Source: Octopus bimaculoides (lineage: Eukaryota). From it: 64,000 bases of DNA. The notes under the pieces are model-generated. The model was not told where the DNA came from. It saw only the letters and a program-made list of their open reading frames with translations, and ran no database searches. Both the position numbers and the translations under genes were made by a program. Location: contig NC_068982.1 of NCBI RefSeq assembly GCF_001194135.2, positions 177,910,231 to 177,974,230 on the forward strand. Reading direction: 5' to 3'. Shown one piece after another: positions 60,828 to 64,000 of the stretch (positions are counted from its first letter, which is position 1; each line of letters starts with the position of its first letter).

Positions 60828-61312
60828 GTAAATTTCCTTATAATTTCATTTAATGCATGCTTTTGAAATTGGCTAGCTTTATAAATCCCTCATACTAAAT
60901 TTGGTGCTGAGTACTTTTCCTGTAGAACTACACTCATCTGGAACTCTCTTGTTGGTTAGACATGCATATATTCAAACCAAATACATACTGCATCAGCCTC
61001 ACTGAGTTGTCCCCTACCCTTATTCCCCAGACTAACAAATACAAAGATGAAAATGGGAGTTGTAACATATTTTTCCAATGAGCTTTTGATTTCGTTCATG
61101 ATTGAAAACTGAGTTTCAAATTCAATATGTCTAGACATGCTATGACACTCAGTATAAATATATTATTTACTATTATTTTATGTAGTGTGTTGTGTAGAGT
61201 ATAATGGTTTGAAACTTAAACATAGCAGAAATTATTAAACTAAAAGCAATATAGTTCTACTTACTTTAGGGATATAGTTAATGTTAGTGGTACACGTACT
61301 AAAAGTATATTT

Positions 61313-61726
61313 TTGTGTCTGGGGAGAGTCATGTGCATATGTATACACATAATTATGCATGCATGCATGTATGTATGTATGTACGTATGTATGTATGTAT
61401 ACGTGTGTGTATGCATATATATATATATGTATGTCTATGTATTCTGCATATTCATGTGTGTGTGTGTGTGTGTATTTGTGTGTGTACCTCTGTCTCCTTG
61501 TGTGTGTGTTTGAGCAGGTCTATGTGTATGGGTTTGTCTGACTATGTACATGCGTCTGTTATGTATGGATGTGTCTCCATATGTGTCCTTGTGTGTGTGT
61601 GTGGATGTGTTTATATGGTCATGTGTTTCCCTCTCCTTTTGTGTATGTGTGTGTGTGCTTATCTGTCCTTATTACCTATGTACCTATCTATCTACTTACC
61701 TATCTGTTTACCTACATATCCATTTA

Positions 61727-61757
<31 letters not shown>
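61313..61757. repeat. Compound (GT/ATGT/CTAT/TA)n low-complexity microsatellite tract
   Basis: Read directly from sequence; source of several spurious ORFs. Confidence 0.9.
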
Positions 61758-61762
<5 letters not shown>

Positions 61763-62435
61763 CTTACATGACAGCCTGCTAACAAATCTACTTGTATATG
61801 TATAAACTGTAGGTATTGGGGTATCACTGCCTTCTATGTGTATCTCCTATTTAGTATTGGGGATGTTTTATTTATGAGGATGTGCTCCTATATTTGTCTG
61901 AGTGTTGGCTCCTTTGGGTGCTAGGATAAAATGCGGATGTCAAGTTGACAGTGTGCCTCCATGTTCGTCTTTGGCATTTTGGTAAAGTATGGAGGACTTG
62001 ATTTTGTTGTCATATTGTCCCAAATGTTTATTTAATCTCTCTGCAATGCTTTTAGATATCTCACCAACGTATGTCATGTTCTTGTCTTTACAAGCACCCT
62101 CTATGCACCTTACACAGTAGACTACATTTCTAGTTCTACAGTTAATGACAGGGTTAATCTTAATGCAGTTCTGAAAGGGGTTTGTCCTACATAACTGTAA
62201 TCTGATGGAGCTCCCTGGCTTTTCAGTGATCTTAATGTTGAGTTTGGTCTCCTTCAGAGCTTTCCTAAATCATTAGGCTAGTACTCCATGGGCTGTGGCC
62301 TCTACAAACATCACTCCTTGATATTTTTCAGCCTTGTACCATGTGTTCACTGTGTCTACTTTGTCACAAACTCTCTGCATCTTATTCCAGTCTTTACCTC
62401 TGTGTCTAGAGCAGGCACCACTGGCCTCTTCATGA
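61755..62435 (-). mobile_element. Penelope-like element 3' fragment (GIY-YIG region), inverted copy
   Basis: Reverse complement matches about 63065-63775 along its length, with a ~27 nt deletion. Confidence 0.82.
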
Positions 62436-62699
62436 CCTAGTGGGACAGAAAACTTAAAAAATCCTTAGCAAACCCATACACATAGACACACTCAAACACG
62501 CACACACAAGGAGATAGAAGTATGCACACAAATACACACAAAGATGAATATGCAGAATACATACATACAAACGTACACACATGCATACAAGTGTTTTGCT
62601 TTACTGTAGGTATGTAGATGACATTAATATTCTAGTTAGACAAACTCTAGTAATTGTAGTGTAGAAACCGAGAGGAGTATAAGAGATAGCACCCACTAA

Positions 62700-63775
62700 C
62701 TCCATGCAGCCAAGTATCATGGTAACTATAGATTACTTCACTAGGCACCCTAACAATAGACTCCCTGTCTTTGTTACTGAACTTTGGTTAGAGACTGTGA
62801 ACAAGAGAGTGCAGCTCCTCCACTCCTATTACATGAAACCCATAACTTCTAAATATGTTGTTCACAAAAACTCAGTTTTGTCACACAACATGAAAATCAA
62901 CATACTGATAGCAGACTTAGTTAGGATAATGAATAATGTGACCCCGCTGTGCAAATCCTGTGAAACAAAGAAACTTGTACAGAACTTCATTCTCTGGATA
63001 TGACCAGAAAGATAGGATTCGGGTATACAGGGGAGCTAGAAAGAAGTTAGATAGCATTATATGTAATGAAGCCAGTGGTGCCTGCCCTAGATACAGAGGT
63101 AAAAACTGGTATAGGATACACAGAGTTTGTGACAAAGCAAACAGGGTGAACACATGGTACAAGGCCAAAGAATATCAAGGAGTGATGTTTGTAGGAGCCC
63201 ACAGCCCGTGGAGAACTAGCCCAACAATTTAGGAAAGCTCTGAAGTAGACCAAACTCAACATTAAGATCATTGAAAAGCCATGGAGCTCCATCAGTTCAA
63301 AGTTATGTAGGTCATACCCCTTTGAGAATACCACATGCACCAATGTGAACAGCATGGTATGTAAGATTAACCCTGTCATTAACTGTAGAACTAGAAATGT
63401 AGTCTACTGCATAAGGTGCATGGAGGGTGCTTGTAAAGACAAGAACATGACATACATTGGTGAGACATCTAGAAGCATTGCAGAAAGATTAAATAAACAT
63501 TTGAGATGATATGACAGCAAAAAGCAGTCCTCCATACTCTACCAAAATGCCAAAGACCAACATAGAGGTACACTGGGTCGACTTCACATACGCATTTTAT
63601 CCAAGCACCCAAAGGGCCCAACACTCAGACAAATATGTACAGGAGTACATGCTCGTAAATGAAACATCCCTCATACTAAATAGGAGATACACATAAAAGG
63701 CAGTGACACCTCAATACCCACAGTTTATACATATACAAGTAGATTTGTTAGCAGGCTGTCATGTAAGTGAATATA
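62700..63775 (+). mobile_element. Penelope-like retroelement remnant (RT thumb, Cys-rich linker, GIY-YIG endonuclease; Neptune-like)
   Basis: YYMKPITSKYVVHKNSVLSHNMKINILIADLVRIMNNVTP ... IKIIEKPWSSISSKLCRSYPF...C..C...NCRTRNVVYCIRCMEGACKDKNMTYIGETSRSIAERLNKH; several stops and frameshifts; endonuclease lies C-terminal to RT. Confidence 0.88.
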
Positions 63776-64000
63776 TCATCATCATCATCATCGTTTAACG
63801 TCCGCTTTCCATGCTAGCATGGGTTGGACGATTTGACTGAGGACTGGTGAAACCGGATGGCAACACCAGGCTCCAATCTAATTTGGCAGAGTTTCTACAG
63901 CTGGATGCCCTTCCTAACGCCAACCACTCAGAGAGTGTAGTGGGTGCTTTTACGTGTCACCCGCACGAAAACGGCCACGCTCGAAATGGTGTCTTTTATG
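63775..64000 (-). mobile_element. Young RTE LINE 3' end (runs off the window)
   Basis: Appears identical to 21014-21240. Confidence 0.85.

Noticed and set aside
60926-61080. Possible next SMCR8 exon after acceptor cttttcctgtag (60925) or ttattccccag (61030)
   Set aside because: The required phase 1 gives a stop after about 26 codons (first acceptor) or immediately (second), with no SMCR8 similarity; the next exon probably lies outside the window
61313-61805. Cluster of Cys/Val/Tyr-rich ORFs
   Set aside because: Translations of compound microsatellites

Overview
AT-rich, repeat-dense animal genomic DNA with five assembly gaps. The repeat families (CORE-type tRNA-derived SINEs, RTE LINEs with (GAT)n tails) indicate an octopus; this is inferred from remembered repeat consensus, not from a search. 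Two multi-exon genes lie head-to-head. CCDC174 is on the minus strand: 8 coding exons from ATG at 16073 down to 2243, 266 codons, continuing off the left edge. SMCR8, the C9orf72-complex longin/DENN subunit, is on the plus strand: 11 coding exons from ATG at 31705 to 60827, 509 codons, probably continuing off the right edge. All exons were assembled by hand, with GT-AG boundaries and consistent phases. The rest is mostly RTE, CR1, I/Jockey-like and Penelope-like retroelement fragments, SINEs, mariner- and piggyBac-type MITEs and microsatellites. Most ORFs in the supplied track are spurious. Best leads: (1) a minimal type I hammerhead ribozyme motif in a structured ~300 nt element, sense to a CCDC174 intron; (2) an inverted pair of Penelope-like GIY-YIG fragments forming a ~0.7 kb fold-back in an SMCR8 intron; (3) a promoter-like E2F/NRF1/ETS cluster deep in SMCR8; (4) a near-perfect ~170 nt intronic hairpin; (5) two apparently identical RTE 3' ends 43 kb apart. 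I found no convincing new protein-coding system.
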